Positions 26,191-39,717 of a stretch of 64,000 nt of DNA are shown here, piece after piece (positions within the stretch are counted from its first letter, which is position 1; each line of letters starts with the position of its first letter). The translations under genes were made by a program, and so were the position numbers. Under the pieces are notes generated by a model, which saw nothing but the letters and a program-made list of their open reading frames with translations, ran no database searches and was not told where the DNA came from. Location: contig NC_086118.1 of assembly GCF_963921235.1 (NCBI RefSeq), positions 19,966,001 to 20,030,000 on the forward strand, given 5' to 3'. Source of the DNA: Mobula hypostoma (Eukaryota).

Positions 26191-26779
26191 GCGGTGGTGG
26201 GAGGAGGGAGACCCCGACAAAGAAATAATTGTTTCAATATCATGGAATGCACATCATAATGAAAATGTTCAGTCATTTAAAAAAATAACCTGGAAGGACA
26301 AGGTCCGTAGGGTGGAGCACCATCAAGGGTACAGGACATGCAGAAGATCCGTTGCCAGACCTGAGTTCTTATCACCCATTGCTGCATGTCCAGCTGAAGG
26401 AGATGAAGAACTCAAAAATGCCGAGATCGTAATAAAGTATGAGAATAAGCAGGAAATTGCAAAAACTTAAGAAATGGAGTACAACTCATTAGTATTTGTG
26501 GTGTAAAGCTATGTGTTAAACTAAGTCAATGGAACAAGGCGCCTGATTAGATTCTTCAGGTACACTAGAAACTTGTTATGCTGTTTTTGTGAACTTATCA
26601 CGAAAGGGACGTCAGTGCCAGTGAGTGGAACATTTTTGCACTTTGGTAAGCATCTAATATCATCATGAGGGTCCAGGATATGCTTTGATGAACAGAGTGA
26701 ACTCCTAATGTTCTCTTTCAGTTAGTTCACATTACCCTCAGCACTAGAATTATAGTCCTTCTTTAGATTCCAAGGGATC

Positions 26780-28870
26780 GAAAACATAGAAAACATAGAA
26801 AATAGGTGCAGGAGTAGGCCATTTGGCCCGTCGAGCCTGCACCGCCATTTATTATGATCATGGCTGATCATCCAACTCAGAACCCCGCCCCAGCCTTCCC
26901 TCCATACCCTCTGATCCCCCTAGCCACAAGGACCATATCTAACTCCCTCTTAAATATAGCCAATGAACTGGCCTCAACTGTTTCCTGTGGCAGAGAATTC
27001 CACAGATTCACCACTCTCTGTGTGAAGAAGGTTTTCCTAATCTCGATCCTAAAAGGCTTCCCCTCTATCCTCAAACCGTGACCCCTCGTTCTGGAATTCC
27101 CCAACATCGGGAACAATCTTCCTATATCTAACCTGTCCAATCCCTTTAGGATTTTATACGTTTCAATCAGATCCCCCCTCAATCTTCTAAATTCCAATGA
27201 GTACAAGCCCAGTTCATCCAGTCTTTCTTCATATGAAAGTCCTGCCATCCCAGGAATCAATCTGGTGAACCTTCTTTGTACTTCCTCTATGGCAAGGATG
27301 TCTTTCCTCAGATTAGGGGACCAAAACTGCACACAATACTCCAGGTGTGGTCTCACCAAGGCCTTGTACAACTGCAGTAGTACCTCCCTGCTCCTGTACT
27401 CGAATCCTCTCGCTATAAATGCCAGCATACCATTCGCCTTTTTCACCGCCTGCTGTACCTGCATGCCCACTTTCAATGACTGGTGTATAATGACACCCAG
27501 GTCTCGTTGCACCTCCCCTTTTCCTATTATTACCATTCAGATAATAATTTGTTTTCCTATTTTTGCCACCAAAGTGGATAACTTCACATTTATCCACATT
27601 AAATTGCATCTGCCATGAATTTGCCCACTCACCCAACCTATCCAAGTCACCCTGCATCCTCTTAGCATCCTCCTCACAGCTAACACTGCCGCCCAGCTTC
27701 GTGTCATCCGCAAATTTGGAGATGCTGCATTTAATTCCCTCATCCAAGTCATTAATATATATTGTAAACAACTGGGGTCCCAGCACTGAGCCTTGCGGTA
27801 CCCCACTAGTGACTGCCTGCCATTCTGAAAAGGTCCCGTTTATTCCCACTCTTTGCTTCCTGTCTGCTAACCAATTCTCTATCCACATCAATACCTTACC
27901 CCCAATACCGTGTGTTTTAAGTTTGCACACTAATCTCCTGTGTGGGACCTTGTCAAAAGCCTTTTGAAAACCCAAATATACCACATCCACTGGTTCTCCC
28001 CTATCCACTCTACTAGCTACATCCTCAAAAAATTCTATGAGATTCGTCAGACATGATTTTCCTTTCACAAATCCATGCTGACTTTGTCTGATGATTTCAC
28101 CGCTTTCCAAATGTGCTGTTATCACATCTTTGATAACTGACTCCAGCAGTTTCCCCACAACCGACGTTAGGCTAACCGGTCTATAATTCCCCGGTTTCTC
28201 TCTCCCTCCTTTTTTAAAAAGTGGAGTTACATTAGCCACCCTCCAATCCTCAGGAACTAGTCCAGAATCTAACGAGTTTTGAAAAATTATCACTAATGCA
28301 TCCACTATTTCTTGGGCTACTTCCTTAAGCACTCTGGGATGCAGACCATCTGGCCCTGGGGATTTATCTGCCTTTAATCCCTTCAATTTACCTAACACCA
28401 CTTCCCTACTAACATGTATTTCGCTCAGTTCCTCCATCTCACTGGACCCTCTGTCCCCTACTATTTCTGGAAGATTATTTATGTCCTCCTTAGTGAAGAC
28501 AGAACCAAAGTAATTATTCAATTGGTCTGACATGTCCTTGCTCCCCATAATCAATTCACCTGTTTCTGTCTGTAGGGGACCTACATTTGTCTTTACTAGT
28601 CTTTTCCTTTTTACATATCTATAAAAGCTTTTACAGTCAGTTTTTATGTTCCCTGCCAGTTTTCTCTCATAATCTTTTTTCCCCTTCCGAATTAAGCCCT
28701 TTGCCCTCCTCTGCTGAACTCTGAATTTCTCCCAGTCCTCAGGTGAGCCACTTTTTCTGGTTAATTTGTATGCTTCTTCTTTGGAATTGATACTATCCCT
28801 AATTTCTCTTGTCAGCCACGGGTGCACTACCTTCCTTGATTTATTCTTTTGCCAAACTGGGATGAACAAT
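26780..28870 (-). mobile_element. CR1 LINE (family A), 5'-truncated young copy
   Basis: Minus ORFs 27313-28878 and 26877-27536 are near-identical to the copy at 1-2050; one small frameshifting change near 27530; reversed tail at 26780. Confidence 0.96.
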
Positions 28871-29164
28871 AGAGACAAATTGTGGAAGAAATGGGACTTG
28901 CACAGGCTGGAGCACTGCTGTGTCCAACGTCTTTGCAGGCAAATCTCTCAACACTGAAAAAAGACTGAATGAGTTCAGTACTGCGTTGAGTGAAGCTAAG
29001 ACTGAGAGAAGGAAGATCTAAGTGAATGCTTATGTGTCGTGTTCATATTTCCTAAAGACGCAGGAGGAGTCTATTTCACATCTATGCCAGTTCACAGAAC
29101 AATTCCATTCCCTCACCAGCCTTCCCCATTCCGCCTATCAAAGCCCTCCTAATACTACTTACAC

Positions 29165-29302
29165 ACGGGGGAAGAAACCGTAAGTCAAAGGAAGCCAACA
29201 TGGTCACTGGGAAAGTGTGTAAACTCTGCATGCGAGCGCCGGGGTTCAGGATTTGAACTGGAGCTGCTGGTGTTGTGAAGCAACAGCCCTGCTGGCTACG
29301 CC
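29165..29302 (-). mobile_element. V-SINE (HE1-like) remnant
   Basis: GGAAGAAACCG...GGAAGCCAACATGGTCACTGGGAAAGTGTGTAAACTC...CAGGATTTGAACT, the reversed V-domain and tRNA head. Confidence 0.65.
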
Positions 29303-29389
29303 TTGGACTCTCCCAAAAGGATGAGGCCGCGTAAATAAGATGGCTGAGGTGCAGGTGTAGTCCGTCACGCGGGATTGGGATGCTTTGAC

Positions 29390-30740
29390 AAAGATCAGAA
29401 CTCTGCTTGAAACAGGCTGGAGTTCAGTGCTCCTTAATACAAGATATTCAAGAAAAATGAAGAATGAAATAAAAGAGGAGGTATGGCAATACTGGTCAAG
29501 GAGAATGTTGCAATGCTGGAGAATAGTGGGTGTACATCATTAACAGGTTGTACAAAATTATTTTAGGTAAAAAAATGACCGAGTAGCCATTGCACTCCTC
29601 TGTGAACTCATATGCTAAGAACCAATGAAAAGAATATGGAGGAACAAATCTGCAATGAATTACAGAGAGTTACAAAAACCATAGAATAGTAACAAAGGGA
29701 GACTTCAAATATGTTTGTTTAGATTGGGTAGTAATGATATAAAGAGTAGAGTGGAAGAGGAATTTTTGAAGTATTTTCAGGAATTTATTCAATCATTTCC
29801 AGAAGAATCAAAAAGGAAACAGTGCTGGATACAATTCTGAGAAGCAAAGTTTTTCAAGTATAGCAAGTGTCATTGAAGAGACATTTAGGGAATGGTGATC
29901 ATGATATCCAAAGGCTAGGCTAAACTCTGGAAAAAAAAGGCAAAGAAAAATATACAAAATTATAATGTTAAATTAGGAGACCGTTGGTTTAATTATCCAG
30001 CCAGAGAAAATGAGAATCAAAGATTAGTAGACAGATTACAACTGAAGAAGAGATGGCTTTCAAAAATGAGGTGTTATGAGTGTTGAATGGACACATTCTA
30101 ATCATGGGAAGTAGGTATGAAAAAGCAAGAGATTCTGCAGATGCTGGAAATCTTGAGCAACACACACAAAATGTTGGAAGAACTCAGTTATGACAAATCT
30201 CTCTTTGTTACTACTAAATGGGTTTTGTAACTCTTTAATTCCTTGCAAATTTGTTCCACTACATTTTTTCATTGGTTCTTACCTTATGAAATCACGCAGG
30301 AGTGCAATTGTCATCATCTTACAAAGGGAAATGAATCGTCAATGTTTTGGGCTGAGACCCTTCATTAGGACTCATGAAGGATCCTGATCTGCAGAGTTGC
30401 TCCAGTATTTTATGTGAACATATTAGAGTCATGTTAAAACGCAGAGCAAGAATCTGGGCCAATATGGAAGAAATAAGAACAAAAGACAAGGATATGAGCC
30501 TTGACAGGAGATTTAAAAGGAAATTGAAAAATCTGCTATCGGGATATAAGTAATATGGTGAGGATGAATAATGCTAATTAGTGGCCAGAAAGGACATCTA
30601 CATTTGGAAGCAGTAACAAAAGCGAGGTACCAAATGAGCACTTTATACTTGACTTTACTAAAAATGGAAATCAAAACCATAGTAAGAGGAAGGCAGGGAG
30701 AAAATACAGGAGAGAATATGGTGAACTATAAACATATAGG
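29390..30740 (+). mobile_element. Ancient decayed CR1 ORF2 (APE region)
   Basis: Remnants of GDF(N), EEFLK..QE, LD.IL and HLGNGDH; interrupted by Penelope pseudo-LTR pieces at about 30120-30420. Confidence 0.6.
30120..30420. mobile_element. Penelope pseudo-LTR-derived fold-back remnant
   Basis: Reversed pseudo-LTR end AGATTCTGCAGATGCTGGAAATC at 30130, a degenerate reversed hammerhead GGGCTGAGACCCTTCATTAGGACT at about 30349, then forward TGCTCCAGTATTTT. Confidence 0.6.
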
Positions 30741-33314
30741 ATATAGGATATCCCATGAAGATATGGGATATGAGGACATTGTTACATGTATTTTATCCAA
30801 AGACCTATTTGTGAAGCAATTCCAATGGCGAACTTCACTTCTCATCATCAGTCCCAGCCTTTTTCAGACCATCCACCAAGTCCCTCCTCTTTTGGACAAC
30901 TTTACTAACATGTTATTTACGTCCCAAGTCTTTTGCATCCTTCCCACAGTTTGGTGGTCAGAAGCGGGCTGTTGTGTCCACATCTACTCTTTATTTAGAT
31001 TCAGCACATGTCCCTTGTTATTTTACATTCCATGCCATTGTTTATAAAGTCTAGGATGCTGACAATATTTTTCCCTGTCATCTTCAAAGGTTGTGTACTT
31101 TGTAGAGTTTGGTCTCCAAATTCTTGAATCTCCATTAAGAACTGTTTAAATTGTTTTGCCTTTCCTCATCCATCATATTCAACCATATTTATTTCTACCC
31201 ACTCAGCTCTCCATCAGAACAATTACCCTCAGTGTCTGCCACACTCTCAAGTTTAGTGTCGCCAGAACTTTCAGAGTACATTATGAATAACCATATAAGG
31301 GAAAGCAGTGTTCCCAGAATGGACCCTGGAGAACATCTCTGCATATCTTCCTCCAGTCCAGAAGCCACTTCTTTGTTATGACTCCCTGTTTCTATTTAAT
31401 ATCCATGCAGCTACCGCCACTGTTGTCTCATGTGCTTCAAACTTGCCAACAAGCCTATTATGTGACATTTCATTAAATACCTTTTGAAATTTATTTTACA
31501 TAGCATCAGCTACTTCGCACCCTTCAACTTGCTCTGCTAAACCATCAAAAACATGATAAGGTCAGTTAAGTACTACTTACCCTTAACTAATTTATGTTGA
31601 CTTTCCAATTGACTATTAGTTTTGTCTGCACCACTGAGGATAAATCAATCAGCATTCTGCCCTTTGTTTTTTTTTTGCTTTCATTTAACACAATCTAATT
31701 TCTCAATCAAGTTAAAGTGTTAGGTCCCAATCTAGTGACTGGAATACCAAATCTATACTGACATTTCAGTGCACTTTTGAGAGACTGCTGGGTTCAGCCT
31801 TTTGCTTGAGATATTAAATCAAGCCTCATCCAGCCCTATTTTTAAAATGATACAGCGAGTTCTGCTAAACATAAACAATAAGTACACTGACAGCATCAAC
31901 AAAATGAAAATCAAGATTACGATTTCAGATCAATGATCTTACATTAATTACAACTGGGAAGTTTTAACAATAGCATAAGGCTTAGGGTGAAGAAAAAGGA
32001 AAGAAGGAGAGGAGAAAACCAAACATAAATATCTGAAGTAGGTTGCAAGGTGGAAGAGATTAAACAACAGAGAGAGACAGCAGTGCTAATAGAACAAATA
32101 AAGGAACAAAATAACTGGAGAACGTGCCCAATATTTATCAACCAACCTACAAAATTAAAACTGGTGATCTGGTTATTGGTGAAGATTGCTCTATACCAAC
32201 ATACAGTTTGGATTCCTCTTTTCCAACGTTACATTTTTAATAATATTTTAAAGTAGTCATTGGCTGGAAATCTTTTGGAGTGTCGAAATGCAAATGTATG
32301 TCTTTCCACTGTATTTCTAACTCATCAAATCATAATATTAGGCAAATGTGAAAAAGTGGAGTTCAAATTTTATTCAAAAACGAATTACTTAAAGAATCCT
32401 AATCTTAAAGAGTCCTGTACATTTGGACTCAAAGTAAATAATTTAACATCTATTTCAATGAGAATGATGGTCTTTATTTTTCCTTTATATGTTCACATAC
32501 AAGAGTCTCGGACACGTGGATGTAAAGTCATATTGATTTTATTTGTTTCTTTCACAGTTACAAGGATTCTCAAGAAACTCGCTGTTCTCTTTACAAAACA
32601 GTTACAATTAATGACACTTTAATGTTTCAAGCAACTAGTGATAAATATTCAAACCTTGTATAGGAAAAGCTATTTGAAACTTGTAGAGATCGCCCCCAAT
32701 TGCAAAAGACCTAGTGAGCAAATGTTTTAATATATACCTATGAATAAACACAAATAAATTAAAAAGTAGATTTAAATGATTTTTAAATGACAAGTAGAAC
32801 AAAAGATTTGCAGTAATTATGTTGATGGACTGGGGAAAAATGTTCTAAAATTTTACTTTTAGATTAAAACATTAGGAGAGAACCACATCAGTTTTCCATA
32901 CTCCTGAATAAAGGAAGAAATTCCCCATTTGAGATTTGATGTCTGTGCACAGGACCTGGGAAATAAATGAAAGCTAACAAAGAACAGATGCATTTCCAAA
33001 ATCTAAAACACAAGCTTTTAAGTATAAAACAATGATGAATATAGGACTCCAGCATCTGAGATCAAATTAACACAGACTTAAAATCGAGGCATGAACAAAA
33101 ATCCTGACGTTATACTGAAAACTGGTCCTCATGGCCACCTCATCCATGATAACATTAGGCCTATATGCCTCAATGTCTTTCCACCTAAATACCTGTCCAC
33201 TTGCTTTTTAAACATGATGATTTTATCTACTTCTATCAGTTTTTCTGGCAACTGATTCCACATATTGACTGCCCTCTGTGTGAAAGACTTGCCCCTTGAT
33301 CTCTGTTTTTTTTA

Positions 33315-33985
33315 AAGTCAAAGCCAATGTAAATTTATTATCAAAGTGTATATATGTCACCATATACAACCCTGTGATTCATTTCCTTCAGGCGATTACA
33401 GAAAGTTAAACAAATACAGTAGAATTTATTAAAAACTGGACATAAACAAAGACTACAGACAACCAATGTGCAAGAAACACAAATTGTGCAAATAAATAAG
33501 TCAATAATACTGAAGTATGAATTGTAGAGCTCTTGAATGTGAGCTTGTCATTCAGAATTGAGTTGAGTGAAGTTATCCACGCTGGCCCAGGTGTCTGATG
33601 GTTGTAGGGTAATAACTACTCCTGCATCTGGTGGGACCCAAGGCTCCTGTACTTCCTGCCCAAGAATACAAGCGAAAAGAGAACTTTGTCCAGATGCTGG
33701 GAGTCCTTGACGATGGATGCTGCTTTCTTGTGGCGGCACTCCTTATAAATGTGATCAATGTTGGGGAGGGCTTTCCCTATGATGGTGTGGGCTGTACCCA
33801 TCACTTGCTGTAGACTTTGTCATTAATGGGCATTGGTGTTTCCATATCAGACTGTGATGCAACCAGTCAGCATACTCTCCACTGTGCCTCTATAGAAGAA
33901 TATCAAAGTGTTAGATGACATGCCAAACCAATGCAAACTTCTATGAAAGTAAAGGTGTTGTTGTGCCTTTGACGTGATGATAATT
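33315..33985 (-). mobile_element. Rex1/Babar LINE 3' part
   Basis: Minus ORF 33616-33804 (IIGKALPNIDHIYKECRHKKAASIVKD..GRKYRSL) plus the reversed 3' UTR. Confidence 0.85.
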
Positions 33986-33986
33986 A

Positions 33987-34997
33987 CAGTACCATGCAAA
34001 GGTTGTACGTATATATATAGTAGCCTGGGGAAAAGTACACACTCAGGACAACAAATACTTTTTTGGGGTTTTAATTCCTGTATCTGCTTTAGATGTTTTC
34101 ATGCCAGAAGAAGGTCTCAAAACAAAACGAACGAATTTACAACCAGTTCCTGCCATTACAATCTCAGGTTAACTTTCGATCCACATCCTTTTGTATCGAC
34201 GAATTGCGTATGCAGTATAAAAATACATAAAGCAAACCACACAAAACTAATATGAAACTAATACAGAACTAACTCAAAACTAATAGGGTAGTGGCAATTC
34301 TGAAGGAACACAATACAAACAACATTAGAATTCCACCAACCCTGTACCTTATACATAGCAGCCAAAATGTAAGTGAATACATCTCATCTAAGACGTCTAC
34401 TCCCTTTTAGTGCACACGTGCTAAGCTTCCAAGCAGAGACTAAACATTCATGTTATGCGGTTACATTCACAATCAGTCATGATACAATAAAGTTAGACAA
34501 AAGGTACACTTCAGCACAAATTTTACAAGGTATTGCCTGGTAGTTAAATTACAGGAAGACTGACCTACTTGGCCCGTAAGGAACTTTGCACAAGCCACGC
34601 TGTCCAGCGCCGATGCCTTCACTCGTGGAAATCTAAAGCATCCACATGTAAAACATGTCAAGTTACCGATATTCTCGATTCAGCAACAAGCATAAAGGAA
34701 TTCACATGGATATCGTCAATTAACACTCACCGTTCCTCACCATGCCCAGTATCTCTGGGAGGAACTTAATCCCAAAGCCCCACCAGCTTCTTCTGCAGAA
34801 AACAAAAATGGTCTCCCCACTATCCCGCGCATGCGTAATAACATCACCTTCTCCACTTAAAGGCACAGACAACTATTCTTAGCATTACCCAGATGGATGC
34901 CTAAGTACACTTTTAACGATAATGAAAAAGATTCAACCGTCACACAGTTACATATATATATATATAGCTAAGGTGCCTAACACTTTTGCAGGTACTT
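33987..34997. mobile_element. Tc1/mariner-type MITE split by an insertion in its (TA)n core
   Basis: Left arm CAGTACCATGCAAAGG, right arm GTGCCTAACACTTTTGCAGGTACT; uninterrupted sister copy at 36217-36294. Confidence 0.65.
34019..34952 (-). mobile_element. Solo LTR-like element inserted in a (TA)n tract
   Basis: About 934 bp flanked on both sides by TA repeats. Minus strand starts TGTAAC and ends CTACT; ATTAAA signal near 34070; non-coding. Confidence 0.55.
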
Positions 34998-35359
34998 TAG
35001 CAATGTTATGTAATGAACTGTCCTGTTGTCGTGTAAAAAAAAACAAATTTTATGACATATGTGAGTGATGATAAACTTGATTCTATGATTCTAATATGGG
35101 TCTGTATTGTGAACTGACAGTGGGAAGGGGGCAGGGAGAGGGGAATCATGGATGGGAAAAGGGAAAGGGGGAAGGCGAGGGAGCAGGAAGCACCAAAGAG
35201 ACATTCTGTAAAGATCAATCAATCAATTTTTTGGAATCAAATTTCCTTGCCCTGTACTACTCAGGGATGGGAGTGGCAGCACCCGCGCCATCACCACACA
35301 CCCCCACCACCCTGACACCTGTCCCATGTCTCTCCTGTGGCAATCCACCCTCACCATTC

Positions 35360-36130
35360 AAACGTTCAAAGGTTTAAAGGTACAATTTAATGTCAGAGAA
35401 ATGTATACAATATACATCCTTCACAATCATCCATGAAAACAGAGGAGTGCCCCAAAGAATGAACGACAGTTATATATTAGAACCGCGAAGTCCCCTCCAA
35501 CTCCCCCCTCCCGCGCGTAAGCGGCAGCAAGCAACAATCCCCGCTCCCCCCACCAGCAAAAACAAGCATCAGCACCACCACCGAGCACTCAAGCATGAGC
35601 AAAGCAATAGCAAATACACAGACTTGCAGTTACCCCAAAGACTTCGCGTTTCATCCAGTATTCAACATACCAAAGATTCTCTCTCCCTAATAAGGGAGAA
35701 AGAGGTGAATCCATTTTCCCAGCAAGCAGGGAGACATAACAAACACCTTGCTGGTTTACGATGTTAAAATTCCACTATGTCGCTTTTTTTGAGCTCTGTG
35801 CCTGAAGATCCCAGGTCTCCAGTCACACAGCAGATATCCCAACTCCCCTGATGACACTTGGGTCTCCTGTCATGACACCAACCCTCGATCCACTCATCCC
35901 CAGAGCCCCGGAATCCTAGGCTTCCGAATTCGAGCTGGACTCTTAGGCCAAGCCTTTGGCATGCTGAACAATGGCCAGTTATGGAACCCCATTTCTCACA
36001 AAGATCTGTAGTCAGCATGTAACTCCAGGTCAGGGCCTTCAAAAGAGCCCTGAAAGGGAAAAATAGAGGTATTAAAGATGGAAGTAGCGCTGTTTCTGAA
36101 GAGGCCAGCAAAGGAGTCACCGTTAGGCAC
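35360..36130 (-). mobile_element. Non-autonomous Rex/L2-tailed retroposon
   Basis: Reversed short-repeat tail (TTCAAA..)n with a Rex-like 3' UTR; GC-rich non-coding body. Confidence 0.5.
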
Positions 36131-36216
36131 CATTAACCCTCCAAAGGTCCGCCTTCCCAACATTCCTTGCTCCCACCAGATTTACAAACCCACTCTCCAC
36201 CCCACATTGACAGATA

Positions 36217-36294
36217 CGGTACTGTGCAAAGATTTTAGGCATCTTAGGCACCCTATATATAGATATATATATAAAGACTTTTTGCACAATACTG
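36217..36294. mobile_element. Tc1/mariner-type MITE
   Basis: Terminal inverted repeats CGGTACTGTGCAAA / TTTGCACAATACTG, TA flanks, (TA)n centre. Confidence 0.8.
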
Positions 36295-36344
36295 TATATG
36301 TCGATCCTAGGACAGATCCTCTGATATAATAAAACCATGGAACT

Positions 36345-37240
36345 TAAAGTTACCGACCCTCTTCACCTCCAACCTCCTAATGACCACTGGCTCATGCACC
36401 TTGGGTTCCTTCTCCTGCAGTTGATAATCAGCTCTTTGGTTTTGCTGATGTTAAGCGATAAGTCATTGTTGTAGCACCATTTAACCAGATTTTGGATCTC
36501 CATCCTATATGCCATTGTTGCCACCTCTGGTTTGGCACAGGTATAACGTGAGTTGGCATGGGTTAAGCACGCAGCCTTGTGGTGCACCTGTGCTGATGGT
36601 GACTATGGAGGACATGTTGTTGCCAACTGACTGGGGTCTGCATGTAAGGAAACTGAGGATCCAGATGCACAGGGATGGATTGAGGCCTAGGCCTTGGAGC
36701 TTATTGATTAGTTTTGAAGAGATAATAGTATGAAATTCCGAGCTGTGGTCAAGGAAGTGCATCCTGATGTATGCATCTTCACTGTCCAGAAATTCCAGAG
36801 CTGAGTGAAGAGCCAGTAAAATGGCTCTGTTGACATGTTGTGGTGGTAGACAAATTGCAGCAGATCCAGGACATTGCTCAGCAGAAGTTGATATGCTTCA
36901 TAACCAACCTCTCAAAACACTGCGTCACAGTGGATGTAAGAGCTAATGGGCAATAGTCATTGAGTCAATTTAACATGTTTTTCCTGGCACTGGTATGATT
37001 AAAGCCTGCTTGAAGCAGATGCCGAGGTGAAAGGTTGAAGGTGTCCATAAGCACTTCAACTAGTTGATTAGCACGTCTTCAGTACTCAGCCAGGTACATT
37101 GTCTGGGCCAAATGCTTTCAATGGATTCACCCTCCTGAAGGACGTTTTCACATCAGCCACAGAAAAATGAAATCTGAAGTGTCATCAGGTGTTGTGGGGA
37201 TTCGTGGAGGTGGTTCCATGTTCTGTCGGTCAAAGCGAAC
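36345..37240 (-). mobile_element. Rex1/Babar RT fragment
   Basis: Minus ORFs with [30 protein letters not shown]...TGAPQGCVL and WCYNNDLSLNISKTKELII. Confidence 0.9.
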
Positions 37241-37249
37241 ATCATTCAC

Positions 37250-38880
37250 CTTAAAACCTGCGCCTTCTAGTTCTAGCCTCCCCCATCTGGAACAAAGGCT
37301 GACTACATATCATATCTATAGACTTCTCAGACCTCTCAAAATTTTATAAATCTCAACCGCTAAATTCCCGTGAGAATAAACCAGTTTATCCAATGTCTCT
37401 TGTAAAAATGCTCTCTAATCCAGACAACATCAGGTGAATTTCTTCTGCATTCTTTGTAACATTATCATATTTGTCCTATATTGTGGCAACCAGAACTGTA
37501 CACAGTTTTGTACAATTGTAACATTACATCCAACTCTTATACTTAATGCCTTAGCTTATGAAAGCAACCACACAAAATGGCTTCTTCACCATTCTATCCA
37601 CCTGTGTCACGTCTTTCAGTATGTTATGCGTTTGCACCTGAAGCTCCCTCTGTACATGCATGTTCTTCAGTAATTATAGAATCAGTGTAGAAAGAAATCT
37701 TTCAACTCAACTTATCCACACTAATTAATGGGATAAACACAGGTTCTATCATCCTCCGTGTCTAAGTGATTCAGTGTTCATCCAACATTTCTAAAATTCT
37801 GTCAGCAACCAGCTTCAAACGCTCTTTCATGCATTCCAGTTATTTGCTATTCTCTGAGTAAAGGAAGCCCCATTTTATTATCCTCTTTAAATCTCCTTCT
37901 CCTTACCCAATACCTACCTCCTCCAGTTTTATCTACTTCTGACGTGGGAAGAACTTTCCTTCTACCAGCTCTAAATTCATATACCACAATCATGCCTCCT
38001 CTTAACTTCTTCCACTCCAGAGAGGAATGACCCAGCATCTCCAGACTCTCTTCATACAATAACTAAACTACTCCACCCCAGGCAACATCCTGTTGAACCT
38101 CCACTGCTGCTTCTCCAGCACTATCACATCTTTTATATACATTGATGACCAGAAGTGCACACAGTTCTTCATGTAAGGTCTGACCAAGGTTTTACAAATT
38201 TGGAGCATAACCTCCCTACTTCTTTTTCAGTGTCCTAATTAATGAAGGCCAGTATTCTCGCATGCATTGCTAAGCACATTGTCTGTGTTGACACCTTCAA
38301 GGATTTATGGACATGTACTCCCACGTCCCACTTTTCCTCAATATTGTCGAAGTCCCTAACATTCATTGTGTGTGTCTTAGCCTCATTAATACTCACAAAA
38401 TACATCAGCTCACATTTTCATGTATTAAGCTCCCTCTGCCATTTTTCAAGCCATTTTTCCAAAACACCAATATCTGTCCCACCATATGACTATTAACAAC
38501 TCTATAATCTTCATTTCATCTGCAGACTTGCCTCCCACATCTCTATCCAACTCATTCAAATCTATTACAAATAACAAGAGTCCTGGCACCAGTTTTTGTA
38601 AGACACCACCAGTGACAGGCAAAACAACCCTCTACCGTCACACTCTGTCTCCTATTGCCAAAACAATTTTGAATCCATTTTGGCCTTAGCCATTTAAACT
38701 GATTTCCCAAGTGGGACCTTGTCAAAGCCTTTACTGATATCAATGTAAATAACATCTGCTACCCTGCCTTCAAAAATACATCTTGTTATTTACGCAAAGA
38801 ATACAATCAAATTGGTTAGAAAGAATCTGCCTTTGACCAAGCCATGCTGGGTTCCACTTATTAGTCCTTGTCTTTTCAAT
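37250..38880 (-). mobile_element. Old CR1 fragments (3' end and RT)
   Basis: Minus ORFs 37847-38059 (YEESLEMLG.SSLEWKKLRG) and 38552-38755 (WIQNCFGNRRQSVTVEG). Confidence 0.75.
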
Positions 38881-39149
38881 TGATCTTCAATTGCGATGGT
38901 ATTAGGTTTGCTGAATGTGAAGTTCTAAACTCAAACAAAGACCTTAAGCCCTGCTATAATTACTTGCACTAAAGGGAGATTATACCGCTACAGCCCAATT
39001 TCAAAGACTAGTTCACTTCTGCGTTTATTCACCATTGCAGGGTTAGCTGCCAATACCTATTTGAATAGTGGGTTCCCTCTCCCTATCAAGGAGAAGATAC
39101 CATCAGCTAACAAAGTAGTTTAAAACACTTTTCACTTATTTTCAGTGAT

Positions 39150-39717
39150 ACACATTAAAATCCAAACAACACTCTTAAAACACATCTGAACTCACAGAGG
39201 ATTTCAGTCTTAAATATTTCCAAATTATAAAATATTTCTAAAATACAATGCATTTCTAAAACATAAAGGGCAAAATATTTCCAAAGCACAGGTAAAATTC
39301 CTATACACCAACAAGACATACCGATGATGCAGACAAACGAATCATCTGTCACAGAAATGAAAACCAAAGGAATAGATTCTAGTTCACCTTGTGTTTCTTC
39401 CATGTTTCTTGATGTTCCTTACCCCATTCCTAATAAGACTGAACTGCTCTCTACATTTATACAGTTTCTCTCCACTTGGGTGACTTCACAAATATATGAT
39501 ATTTTCTTAACACTCTTTTAATACAAAAGGCCTAAAAGCATCTTGGAGATGTAGTTCTACAATTAATGCTGTGAGTCTAACTTTGCTGAGTACATAAAAC
39601 TTCCAACATTAACACATAAGTTATTTGAAATGCTAAATGATATTATCCACCTCATCTGAAAACTTCCTTGAACTAAGCAACTTTGACAACTTTTCTCTTT
39701 TGAAACAAGCCAAATTA
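39150..39717 (-). pseudogene. env: Possible foamy-like env (TM subunit) remnant
   Basis: Lies downstream of the integrase. Manual translation CVNVGSF...LKEC/KKISYICEVTQVERNC resembles foamy TM (VNxGH...LEDCxxxxYVICDVVKIVQPC, from memory); hydrophobic stretch in ORF 39155-39403. Confidence 0.35.

Noticed and set aside
27313..28878. 521-aa ORF as a functional gene
   Set aside because: 5'-truncated CR1 RT with a frameshifted C-terminus and no endonuclease.
30571..32622. ORFs of 120-158 aa in AT-rich DNA
   Set aside because: No recognisable domains; they overlap decayed CR1 or SINE fragments or are chance frames.
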